64,000 bases of DNA from a virus, in IMG/VR virus record IMGVR_UViG_3300025131_000017, positions 17,556 to 81,555 of that record. One strand, 5' to 3'. Made by a program: the position numbers and the translations under genes. Under the pieces are notes generated by a model. The model was not told the origin of the DNA. It was given only the letters and a program-made list of their open reading frames with translations, and did not search any database. Shown piece by piece: positions 13,827 through 22,858 of this stretch. Positions within the stretch are counted from its first letter, which is position 1, and each line of letters opens with the position of its first letter.

Positions 13827-14548
13827 TATATTATTCCCCCATCTTCATCAGTCATCGAGATAACATCAGAATAGATACTCTCTAATGGGTTTCCATCTCC
13901 ATCCACACACATGGCTGTGACTCTTACATCTGTAGTGTTATTTAAATCATATCCAAATACCTCAACGGTTAAGTATCTTCTTTGTGGTCTTATCCTTAGT
14001 TCGTCATCTAAGTTTGTTCCATGTAGGATTATCTCTTTAGCCACCCACACTTTATCTTCTGATATTAGTTTTTCTATATCAGATTTACTTAGTTTGTCCT
14101 CATGCCATTCCACTAACTCATCAAGTTCTATGCTCTCTTCTAACAATGCTCTTAGTTGGTCTTGGTCTAACTTGAATAGTTCTCTAACAATTGCTCTTTC
14201 CATAGGTTCATCATATAGATTTATGATTTCCTCATAGTCTATTTCCCCACTGGCATCTACTCCTAACTGACAAGCTAACTCTCCTAGAGTAGCACAACCA
14301 TCATGGTCATTCATAGAAGCTTCTACAAGTTGTTCCACTAACCATTCTTTATTTTTATCTAAGTCTCCATAATTATTCTCGGAGAAATATTTGTCAGTCG
14401 TTCCTGACCAGTATGCTTCTTCACTAGCAACAACATCATAATCTAAGTGTTGATTGAATATCTTTTGTACTTCTTCTAGTGACATCTTATTCAGATGTTT
14501 AGTTACTACTTCTTTTAGTTGGTTATCTAAATCTTTTGTGTTTAACAT
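13826..14548 (-). CDS. acidic hypothetical protein
   Basis: 240-aa ORF, coupled. Confidence 0.8.
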   Translation of the reverse strand: MLNTKDLDNQLKEVVTKHLNKMSLEEVQKIFNQHLDYDVVASEEAYWSGTTDKYFSENNYGDLDKNKEWLVEQLVEASMNDHDGCATLGELACQLGVDASGEIDYEEIINLYDEPMERAIVRELFKLDQDQLRALLEESIELDELVEWHEDKLSKSDIEKLISEDKVWVAKEIILHGTNLDDELRIRPQRRYLTVEVFGYDLNNTTDVRVTAMCVDGDGNPLESIYSDVISMTDEDGGII

Positions 14549-15198
14549 TATTTCTTCCCCCCATCCATCATTCCTAAATCTAAATCTCCTGCATCTTCCA
14601 TTTTGGCAACAAGTTCTTCAACCTTAGAATTAAATACTTCTAGGTTATCTCTTCCTAATTGTCCTATTTGATGAACAAAGAAAGTAAATTCTCCATACTT
14701 TGTAGAGTCTTTTAGTCTATGGAATAATAACCCTAATTGAATGTCCATTATTTTCATAGACTTCAATTGACTATTAATGTTCTTTTGTAGGTTTTTGTTT
14801 TTCTTCCTTAGTTCCTCATCAGTTGTTAAAGAATCAAGGTGACTTTTATTATGTTGCCCCACAATTTGTTCTTTCAACTTTTGGTTTTCTTCCTCTAGTT
14901 GTTTTCCTTTTTTGTAGTGTTTAAGATGTAACTTGGCAAGTTTAATATTTTCTTCCCTAAGTTTGTTTCTTTCATCTAGGAAACCTTGAGTTTCATTCTC
15001 CTCAAGATAAATCCTGTAGTGAGTTGCTTCTTCTTTCCTAGTATGAGCTCCAAGACTATTTCCACTAAATCTTCTCCACATTTTATATGTGTCTTTGTTT
15101 AGATGTTTTGATAAAGTCTTAAATAGTTTGTCAGTTTCCTCATTCTTTGGAATTTTGAAAACTAGTTTATCATGTATTTTTTTCTTTGGTTTATCCAT
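14548..15198 (-). CDS. coiled-coil hypothetical protein
   Basis: AGGAG RBS; 216 aa. Confidence 0.8.
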   Translation of the reverse strand: MDKPKKKIHDKLVFKIPKNEETDKLFKTLSKHLNKDTYKMWRRFSGNSLGAHTRKEEATHYRIYLEENETQGFLDERNKLREENIKLAKLHLKHYKKGKQLEEENQKLKEQIVGQHNKSHLDSLTTDEELRKKNKNLQKNINSQLKSMKIMDIQLGLLFHRLKDSTKYGEFTFFVHQIGQLGRDNLEVFNSKVEELVAKMEDAGDLDLGMMDGGKK

Positions 15199-15292
15199 TA
15201 GTTTCTCCTAATCTTTTTTTATTATATCTCTATTATTACACCAACTGTTAAAAAAGTCAAGGGGTATATTTCAACCCCCCAACTTTCTCTAA

Positions 15293-16342
15293 TTATTTTA
15301 CAAAATTTAAAGCACTATTGAATGCTCTTGCTTTTGCATTTGCTCTTTGTCCATAAAGAGCCGTTCCACTTCCATCCCATCCTCTTCGATAGTCTTCAGT
15401 TTCTACGATTGCATTGTAGACTGCCCAAGGAGTGTTTGCATATTTTGAAAAGTCTTGATTAAAAACATCTAGTCTTTCCTTAGCATTATCCTTGATTCTA
15501 TCTACTCGTGCTTGTCTTTTCTCCCAAAGTTCCTTTTGTTCTTTCCTATCACTCAAGATACGATTCCAAACTATTGGAGGAACGTCACCAACACCTATTC
15601 CATTTGTATGATTTAACTTTGTTGGTTGTGATGCATTTGGATATGCGGCACTAAGAATTGCTTCCACTTGTCTTTCCACTAGTGTGGCTTTTGTTAGTGA
15701 ATTCATTGCTGTTACAACTGATTCCTGTGTCTTTGTCATTTGTCCAAAAATATCTAAGTAAAATGCTGCATCGTTTTGAATACTTTTTGTGTGTTTTAGA
15801 TTAATAGAAATCTTTGAACTTCTTAATCCAGTGACTAAAGTATTTTGACATACAACTCTAACAGGAGTAAAGGCAACTGTTAATGCCCCTGTTCCATCTC
15901 TATGGTCAGTTACTAACCAATAAAGTTCATGGTCTTCCCCTGCAATTGTACTTTCCCCAGCATCCATAGTTAAAAAGATTTTCTCTCCCTTTCCTATTGC
16001 CCCCGCAGTTTCAATTGGGAACTTTTCAGAAATAGGGTTTAACATCTTTCCTAACTCTTTAGCTTGGATTGCAGTCCAATCATTTCCTACTGTTGCCAAT
16101 ACTCTTGGCTCTGGGTCTTCTGCTACAGGGTCTCTAACAACTGCAAATGATTCTGTTGCTAGTTCTGTACCATCTTCCATCTTTACGACTTGTGGATATT
16201 TATTTATTCCAAAAAGAATATCAGCTTTTGTCATAGCTTCGGATGCATTTAATTTTAAGTCTTTATTAAATACTTCTCCTAGTCCATGCCATGCTGGTTC
16301 TCTCCGACTAATAAATCTTTCTCCGAATAATGTTGCGGGCAT
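15293..16342 (-). CDS. DUF932/DUF945 (TIGR03299-like) phage/plasmid protein
   Basis: REPAWHGLG, IETAG.IG.G..IF, H.DGTG....FTPVRVVCQNTL, KHT, TPWAVYNAIVE. Confidence 0.9.
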   Translation of the reverse strand: MPATLFGERFISRREPAWHGLGEVFNKDLKLNASEAMTKADILFGINKYPQVVKMEDGTELATESFAVVRDPVAEDPEPRVLATVGNDWTAIQAKELGKMLNPISEKFPIETAGAIGKGEKIFLTMDAGESTIAGEDHELYWLVTDHRDGTGALTVAFTPVRVVCQNTLVTGLRSSKISINLKHTKSIQNDAAFYLDIFGQMTKTQESVVTAMNSLTKATLVERQVEAILSAAYPNASQPTKLNHTNGIGVGDVPPIVWNRILSDRKEQKELWEKRQARVDRIKDNAKERLDVFNQDFSKYANTPWAVYNAIVETEDYRRGWDGSGTALYGQRANAKARAFNSALNFVK

Positions 16343-16386
16343 ATTTGTCTCCTTTTTTGCTGAACATTTATTTTTTTACACTTCTA

Positions 16387-16415
16387 ACTTTATCACTTGT
16401 TAAAAAATAAGTCAA
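16387..16415 (-). promoter_or_regulatory. sigma70-type promoter
   Basis: TTGACT-N17-TAAAGT with TG. Confidence 0.7.
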
Positions 16416-16561
16416 CCATAAAAATACGTACATTTTGGGAATTTTATGGAGATTTTACAAATAACCCCTTCATACGAGCCATTTTAAGACGTTCTTTTAA
16501 TGTAAGTGATATCAAAGTATCACTCGGCTCCTTTGAAGCCCCTCTATGAAACCACCTTTTA

Positions 16562-16813
16562 TTATATAGAAGATTTTCTCTTGTTTGGTATAGGTTCTCC
16601 AAGATTCTGTCTAAGCAATTTAGTTTCTTCAAAAACTGATTCTGAAACTTCCCTAATCTTTATGGTCTCTACTCTTATTATAATTGTTTCTTTGAGTAAT
16701 GCTTTAGACACATCTAAAATATTTACACTTATTTGTAGTATCTTCCAATTTATAACAACGAGTATAAATGAAAGTGATAGTATTATACTGGAGAAAATTA
16801 TAGTTAGTAACAT
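16562..16813 (-). CDS. membrane protein, hypothetical
   Basis: N-terminal hydrophobic helix followed by coiled coil. Confidence 0.6.
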   Translation of the reverse strand: MLLTIIFSSIILSLSFILVVINWKILQISVNILDVSKALLKETIIIRVETIKIREVSESVFEETKLLRQNLGEPIPNKRKSSI

Positions 16814-16814
16814 A

Positions 16815-17279
16815 TTAGTAAGGATATTTGGCTTCTTCTGATTCGCTAGGGTTTGTGATTTCCTCTAGCCTCTTCCCTGCTTCCATGTTCTCTTCATTGA
16901 TGGTTTTATCTTTGTCTAAGAAAGAACCTTTGTTCTCTTCTTTTCTATTATCTTCTTCCATCCAAGATTTTTCATTCTTTATTAAAGTGTTAGTAATCTC
17001 CTTCAACATTTGTTTCTTCCTTGATTCCCATTTTTTGTCATCGTATTTATTAGGAATATTAAATGACTTACCAATATTTTTCTCGACTTCCTGTAAGGTG
17101 GCAGTTCTTCCAATTTGTCTCTTTTCATCTAAAATGAAAACAGCACCAAGAGCTTGGATTACCTTTCCTCTTTTATAAAACTTTTCGGCATTGTTCTTTG
17201 TTATTTTACTTATACCCACAAAGTCAGCTTGAACTTGCAATGCTTCTTCAAGTGTCTTGGGTAAATTAGGTTGTACCAT
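16815..17279 (-). CDS. hypothetical protein
   Basis: 154-aa ORF, GAGG RBS. Confidence 0.75.
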   Translation of the reverse strand: MVQPNLPKTLEEALQVQADFVGISKITKNNAEKFYKRGKVIQALGAVFILDEKRQIGRTATLQEVEKNIGKSFNIPNKYDDKKWESRKKQMLKEITNTLIKNEKSWMEEDNRKEENKGSFLDKDKTINEENMEAGKRLEEITNPSESEEAKYPY

Positions 17280-17799
17280 TATTTTCCTCTGCTATGTTAT
17301 TCTTTTTTAATATGTCCTGTTCAAATTGTGCATTTAAATCAACATTCCCTAGTATTCTCTCAAAATCTACTCTTTCTTTCAAGTCTGATTCTAATATTAA
17401 AACATATATTTTTCTTAATAGATTATATCCTACAGGTTCATTTCCATATGCTTTAAATGATTGACAAACCTCTCTCAATAGAAATAGTTCAGATATGTTA
17501 ATAGCCATTGTTGAAATCCCTTCATGATTATTAGGGTCGGTTGCTTGTAATAAAGCCATTCCTATTCTTTGTATTAATTCAAGGGGAACTGCAACTCCTC
17601 CACTAGGTTGAAGGGTTTTTGCGGGAAGTTGGTATTTACCTTGTTCCACCTCATTCTCTAATAGTAAAGTAACAGAGTCAGACAAGAATAAACTTTCAGC
17701 TTTGGTTAAAGTAAGATGTTTTACTTCTTCCAGTTTCTGAATAAACTTTTTAAAGTCTTCTTCATTCATCCCCTCTGGAAACTTTCCATCATCGTTCAT
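17266..17799 (-). CDS. hypothetical protein
   Basis: 177-aa ORF overlapping neighbours. Confidence 0.75.
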   Translation of the reverse strand: MNDDGKFPEGMNEEDFKKFIQKLEEVKHLTLTKAESLFLSDSVTLLLENEVEQGKYQLPAKTLQPSGGVAVPLELIQRIGMALLQATDPNNHEGISTMAINISELFLLREVCQSFKAYGNEPVGYNLLRKIYVLILESDLKERVDFERILGNVDLNAQFEQDILKKNNIAEENNGTT

Positions 17800-17941
17800 G
17801 GTACCATTTTTCTCCCAAACGGCTTGAGCATCTTCTACAAATATAAAAAGATTTTTTCATGCCATTCTTAGAAGCCCAGACTTCCACGATTGGTGGGTTG
17901 TCTTCATGCCCCCATAGTTTACATAGGATTTTCTTAATCAT
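17792..17941 (-). CDS. about 50-aa zinc-binding protein (LCKLWGH...CRRC), probably leaderless
   Basis: read by hand; ATG lies 7 nt after TATAAT. Confidence 0.6.
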
Positions 17942-18214
17942 ATATATTATTATACTCTAAGACTCTTAATCTTGTCTATTTGGGTTAATACGTATTTCTA
18001 TTTCTTGAACCTTACTTTCTAAAATAGTAAGTTTATCAAGAATCTCTTCGGCTTTTTTATTAATCTCTTCGTATCTCTCACGAAACTCGTCAGACATTTC
18101 AAGCATATATGCCATTACATTGGACAATTATATAACTCCTACTACATCTAGTACTATTGAAAAAACTGCGAAGAATACAAAAAATTTAACTGTATCTACT
18201 ATCATGATGACTCC

Positions 18215-18697
18215 TTAGTCAATTATTTTATTGGATAATATAAGAATATCATTTATAGAATTGGAAGTCAAATAATCTACTTTATACTTCTCAAATGCTT
18301 TAACTAACTCTAGGTGTGCATTAGCACTTATAAAGTTCTTGACTACTAGTAAATATGTACCACAAAAATACTTACCATGGTGGTCTGCATTTAATGTATT
18401 GTAATTAATAACGTGTGCCATTTCATGACAAACAGTTGGTCGATTCTTTGTATTAGGATAGGGAATTACAATTTCTGTTGGGGTTGCATATACCAACTCA
18501 TGCCCTTCGGTTATAATCTTTGGAACCTGTATCTTACCCCAATTAGCAATTTGATTTATTACTTCTTTAAATGAACGTTCTATAAGTGTTTTTGGAGACT
18601 CCCAGAAAGAACAATCTGCTTCAGCTTCGTAAACTTTCTTACGTTGATAATCTCTTAGGTGGGTGTTTGGAATATTTCCTATCCAACTCTTTTGCAT
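18215..18697 (-). CDS. HEXXH metallopeptidase-like protein (TIGR04338/Rv0185-like)
   Basis: RDYQRKKVYEAE, VCHEMAH, HHGKYFC. Confidence 0.75.
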   Translation of the reverse strand: MQKSWIGNIPNTHLRDYQRKKVYEAEADCSFWESPKTLIERSFKEVINQIANWGKIQVPKIITEGHELVYATPTEIVIPYPNTKNRPTVCHEMAHVINYNTLNADHHGKYFCGTYLLVVKNFISANAHLELVKAFEKYKVDYLTSNSINDILILSNKIID

Positions 18698-18701
18698 AGT
18701 A

Positions 18702-18953
18702 TTAGTCCTTCCCTAACCATTCCTTTACTCTTTGTATTCTAGCTATCCCAGCTATTATAGCACTTAGTAAAAGTGTCCCAAGTAATAATATAAAAAAATT
18801 GACCTCGGTATATCTACCAAGACCAATCAAAATAGAATCTTCAATAAGATGAAGAACTGATATAAGTATTGTTATTGAACCAAATTTTTTCACTATATAC
18901 CCCTGTATTCCTTTATAAACCTTACCTTGTCGGATTATAACAGTTCTAGGCAT
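18702..18953 (-). CDS. small membrane protein
   Basis: two hydrophobic segments. Confidence 0.65.
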   Translation of the reverse strand: MPRTVIIRQGKVYKGIQGYIVKKFGSITILISVLHLIEDSILIGLGRYTEVNFFILLLGTLLLSAIIAGIARIQRVKEWLGKD

Positions 18954-18964
18954 CAGTACTAGGG

Positions 18965-19312
18965 TTATTTATAGTTGTCGTACCCACCATAGGTTCTAGT
19001 GTCACCATAACCACTTATTCCAATGGTCTTTAGTACATCATTAAACCCATTGTGGTCACCCATAATTGTCCTCATCTCATTGTCTATGAGGGCATCCTTC
19101 TTCTCTAGCTCTGCCATTTGTCTATCAAGCTTCTCAGTTAGTTCCACAACCCTTCTAGTTGCTTCCATGTGTTGAGCTTGTAACTCTGATATGTTCTTTG
19201 CGTTCTCTTCAACAGTACTATCCAGCTGAGCCATATACCAAATAATCCCAAAGGCTTGGGCTAATACGATTCCAATAATACCTATGGGTAATTTTATCTT
19301 ACTTATATCCAT
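18965..19312 (-). CDS. TM plus coiled-coil protein
   Basis: N-terminal TM, heptads. Confidence 0.75.
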   Translation of the reverse strand: MDISKIKLPIGIIGIVLAQAFGIIWYMAQLDSTVEENAKNISELQAQHMEATRRVVELTEKLDRQMAELEKKDALIDNEMRTIMGDHNGFNDVLKTIGISGYGDTRTYGGYDNYK

Positions 19313-19595
19313 CTACTTACCTATTCTAAGTCCTCTAATTACATAGTATTCCAATGCTTCCTTTGTAACAAAAAACCCTGCAATCGCAGAAACAGTTATT
19401 ACTAAAGGCTTTACTAATTTCTTTGTATTCATATTCATTCCCCTCGTAACTTTTTTATGTTGTTATAATAATATGCATTGTGGTTTTGCATTAGTAGGGT
19501 GTTATGTTGTTTCAAACAATCCATACACCAATCAGTTCCTTTTATTTGGAACTCTTTTATGGATTCTCTTTCCCCACATATTATACATGCTTCCA

Positions 19596-19877
19596 TTATC
19601 GAATAGATGCATCGAGTTGGTCTAACTGCTTTTCTAGATATTCTAGGGTAACCCCTATGGTATCTAAGTTACCTCTAACTTCTATTAATCCAGTTACACC
19701 AGAAGCGTCTTGGGTTTCGACAAGTGCTACTTCCAACCTCTCAATGTCTTCTTGCATATTAGATATGTTATTCTGTAGTGTCAGGAACGCCCCAATTGCT
19801 GTTATTAGCATTGAAAGACCAAACACTACCATACCCATACTTATGTTGTGTGTACTATTTCCTATCTTTATTTCCAT
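19596..19877 (-). CDS. TM plus coiled-coil protein
   Basis: N-terminal TM, heptads; coupled. Confidence 0.7.
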   Translation of the reverse strand: MEIKIGNSTHNISMGMVVFGLSMLITAIGAFLTLQNNISNMQEDIERLEVALVETQDASGVTGLIEVRGNLDTIGVTLEYLEKQLDQLDASIR

Positions 19878-20116
19878 TATTCTGATTCTGGAATTGTTAT
19901 TTTCTCAATTGCCTCTATGGTTGCACTACAGAACTGTTCAACTTCACCAACTATGACTTCTTTTTCAGCGTTAGTAATTTTATTATCCTTTAATGCCTGA
20001 CTTATGGATTGAAGAATATCAACTCCCTCTCCCATAATTTCCTTCCCACGCCCCGCTAAACCCTTGTTGAGGTTATAGAAAGTCATTCCCATAGTTATAA
20101 TTTTCATTATGTTCAT
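19877..20116 (-). CDS. hypothetical protein
   Basis: AGGGGG RBS; 79 aa. Confidence 0.7.
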   Translation of the reverse strand: MNIMKIITMGMTFYNLNKGLAGRGKEIMGEGVDILQSISQALKDNKITNAEKEVIVGEVEQFCSATIEAIEKITIPESE

Positions 20117-20133
20117 CGATAATCCCCCTTAGA

Positions 20134-20364
20134 TTAACATTGACGAGGTTTATCCTCATCATCGATTATTATTGATTCTTCGCTTGAACTAGAATTACAT
20201 CCACAATTGCCACCACAAGGGCAGCCTTCCATGGACAATGCGTTATCAATGTTATCCATCATAATAGCATCACATGAATCACATGAACATTCACACACAC
20301 AATTGTCTGTGTCACAACTACAAATATTAGTTTCAAAACAACTACAGTCATTTTGTAAAGTCAT
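20134..20364 (-). CDS. metallothionein-like Cys-rich protein
   Basis: 14 Cys in 76 aa, mostly CxC pairs; GGAG RBS. Confidence 0.65.
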   Translation of the reverse strand: MTLQNDCSCFETNICSCDTDNCVCECSCDSCDAIMMDNIDNALSMEGCPCGGNCGCNSSSSEESIIIDDEDKPRQC

Positions 20365-20366
20365 AT

Positions 20367-20519
20367 TTACTCTCCCTCCAGTACTTTCATCCCAAGGGCT
20401 ATGATTCCCCCTGTACAGCCTGTGGCTATCTCATTCATTCCGTAATACAATCCTACTCCGGATAGTATTCCTAGAACTATTATAGCTAAAAATATCTGCG
20501 GTCTTAGTTTTCCAAACAT
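20367..20519 (-). CDS. 50-aa two-TM protein (holin-like)
   Basis: MFGKLRPQIFLAIIVLGILSGVGLYYG...GGIIALGMKVLEGE; AGGAG RBS; read by hand. Confidence 0.65.
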   Translation of the reverse strand: MFGKLRPQIFLAIIVLGILSGVGLYYGMNEIATGCTGGIIALGMKVLEGE

Positions 20520-20763
20520 AAGCTTCTCTCCTATATCCTACGATTCCTTGCATGAAATGTGTCTTTAATGTGTTCGGCTTGTTTAAAGCCTTTTAATGCT
20601 TCGTTAATCTCAGCATCATCTAACATGTCTTCCCACTTGTGTAACCACCCAAATACATTGAATCGTTTCAATTTTATTTTACCTCGCCTATAATTTGTAT
20701 TAACAACTATCTGTTGCCCTTACTATTATACAAACAAAATAAGATAAATTTGTTAAATTTTTG

Positions 20764-21096
20764 TTACGCTGTTCCGTAAGCGACAATTCTAATGTACACT
20801 GCAGATAAGTCAGTAGTGTTAGCTACTTCGTCTAGTGCAGCACCATCAGACCCAGCTTCGTACACTTCAACTTTACTGTTAGTGTAGTCGTATTGAGCTA
20901 CGTAACCTGAAGTTTCAGTATCAATCATAACTGCGTGTATTGCAGTGAAACCAAGGTCTCCTGCTGTTAGTGATTCTCCACCTGTTGGGTAAGAACTATC
21001 AAATTGTATTCTTTTAATAGTAAACTTACTAGGTGTTCCTCCAGCAATAGCTGGTCCCACACTAGCAGCACCCGGTGTTGTTATTGTTAATGCCAT
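20764..21096 (-). CDS. putative head decoration/cement protein
   Basis: FDSSYPTGGESL...EVANTTDLS..IRIVAYG pattern; position in head module. Confidence 0.65.
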   Translation of the reverse strand: MALTITTPGAASVGPAIAGGTPSKFTIKRIQFDSSYPTGGESLTAGDLGFTAIHAVMIDTETSGYVAQYDYTNSKVEVYEAGSDGAALDEVANTTDLSAVYIRIVAYGTA

Positions 21097-21148
21097 ATTT
21101 AGTTTCCTCCTAAAATATCAATGATAGTTTTTCTATCTATTTATTATA

Positions 21149-21451
21149 CTAGCGTCTGCTAGATTTCCTTTTAAGTGCCTCAGCGATTTCATCTCGTTTG
21201 TTTTCACCGGGACTTCCCTCTTTAAATTTCTTATACCCCATCTTCTTTGCTTGAGCCGTAGCAACTGCAAAAGGATTGTCTACTTCCTTTTGTAAGTTCT
21301 TTTTAGAAATAATAGATGTGGCTTTATCTTTTGCTTTATCTCTTACTTTGTCTGCTATTATTTTCCCAGCAACAGTTCTACCTACAGTAGTAGCTCCAGC
21401 CAATACCCTCGCTGGAAGGGAAGCAACACCAAGAGCAGCACCAGCTGCCAC
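21149..21451 (-). CDS. basic head-associated ORF, likely the -1 frameshift extension of the prohead protease
   Basis: GTG start without clear RBS; frame stays open back through T-TTT-TTA at 21496-21502. Confidence 0.6.
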   Translation of the reverse strand: MAAGAALGVASLPARVLAGATTVGRTVAGKIIADKVRDKAKDKATSIISKKNLQKEVDNPFAVATAQAKKMGYKKFKEGSPGENKRDEIAEALKRKSSRR

Positions 21452-21480
21452 TCGACCAGCTAGTTTTTGCAGTGGGGTGT

Positions 21481-22857
21481 CTATGCCCCTTGAGCTAAAA
21501 AATTTGTAGCCTTCTCAACTATCCCTTTGTAATCAGCAGCCTTTTGAAAACAAGACTCACATGGACAAGACTTTTTAAATGAATGTACATTTTCCATCCA
21601 ATTAAAGAAATCCTGTGATTTAGAAATTGTAGTGTTAAGTTCACTAACAGGAGTTTCCATAGAGTTCCCACCTTCTACAACCCCACGCTTAGTATGTCTA
21701 CCTAGTTGAGGCATAGTTAATGCATCATCGTAATGACGTACTCCTAGATTTTGTCCTGCTTCATTTACTACCCATGGTACGTATTTATGTCCTAGTGGGT
21801 CGTCTTCAATAACAGGAGTATATCTAGCATTCTCAGGTTCTAGTTCTCCGGGAAATCCTAGTTCATCAAGAAATCTATGATGTTCTTCTTGACGAGCTTG
21901 TGTGTTAATCAAAGTTGGAAAACTCTGCCCATACTCTTGCCCATCGATTTGAACTATCTTTTGTAGTTCTTTGTTACCTTTTACGAAATTCATAAAAGAT
22001 TTTGTAAAATCAATATCTCCATCTGATTTAAACATAAGTTGTACTCCCCCGGATTCTTCCTCCGAATTAACAAGGCAACTACCATCTATACATGATGAAG
22101 TAGCTCCTTCAGCTTTTATAATATCAAAAGAGGCTGCTTGGTTTACACCCTTTTCACATACCGTAACTTCTGCAAGTTCTAATTCATCTACTTGCATTAC
22201 ATCTTGCAAACCTTTTTGAATAGTTTGTGTCTTAATTGCAGACCCAGCAATAGAGTAACTCTTTAATTTACCACTATTAATTTGTTCTGCAACTTTCTTT
22301 GCAATCTTAGTGTCATTCCGTAATTCAGTAATAAAAAATAATCCCTTTCCATCCACACCAGATTTAAATATTTGACCTCCCTTACTTATATAAGCAGGTA
22401 AAGCCCAACCAACTTGAACATCAGAATGTAATACCATTGCGTTTCTAGTTCTAAAGTTAGCCATATATTTTTGAAATGCTTTACCAAGTGCATCAGTAGT
22501 AATTAAGTGTCCTTCCCTATCAACTAACTCGATAGATGCTGGTCCACCTACTACTAAAGAATCATCATCAGCAATTTCCATTTTGGATAAAGCATTTTGA
22601 TATACTTTATTATTTGGGTATGCCCTTGATAAAGTTAGAAGTTCCGCAGGAGATGAAATTCCTGCTTTGTGTAATCTTTTGTATTCGCTTAAAGCACTTT
22701 GAATATCATCCATTGTCACTCTACCATCAGTAGCTTTCTCTAAGAATAGTACTTTCTCAATAGAGTTGTTCTCATTCATCATCTCATTCATGTCAGATGA
22801 CCAATTAGATGGATGAGGTATATTTCCTACAGGAGTTGTAATTGCTTCTGTCGTCAT
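21481..22857 (-). CDS. prohead (maturation) protease, HK97/U35-like fold
   Basis: ASIELVDREG, MVLHSDVQVG (catalytic His), SYSIAG (Ser), EVTVCEKGVN. Confidence 0.85.
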   Translation of the reverse strand: MTTEAITTPVGNIPHPSNWSSDMNEMMNENNSIEKVLFLEKATDGRVTMDDIQSALSEYKRLHKAGISSPAELLTLSRAYPNNKVYQNALSKMEIADDDSLVVGGPASIELVDREGHLITTDALGKAFQKYMANFRTRNAMVLHSDVQVGWALPAYISKGGQIFKSGVDGKGLFFITELRNDTKIAKKVAEQINSGKLKSYSIAGSAIKTQTIQKGLQDVMQVDELELAEVTVCEKGVNQAASFDIIKAEGATSSCIDGSCLVNSEEESGGVQLMFKSDGDIDFTKSFMNFVKGNKELQKIVQIDGQEYGQSFPTLINTQARQEEHHRFLDELGFPGELEPENARYTPVIEDDPLGHKYVPWVVNEAGQNLGVRHYDDALTMPQLGRHTKRGVVEGGNSMETPVSELNTTISKSQDFFNWMENVHSFKKSCPCESCFQKAADYKGIVEKATNFLAQGA

Positions 22858-22858
22858 A

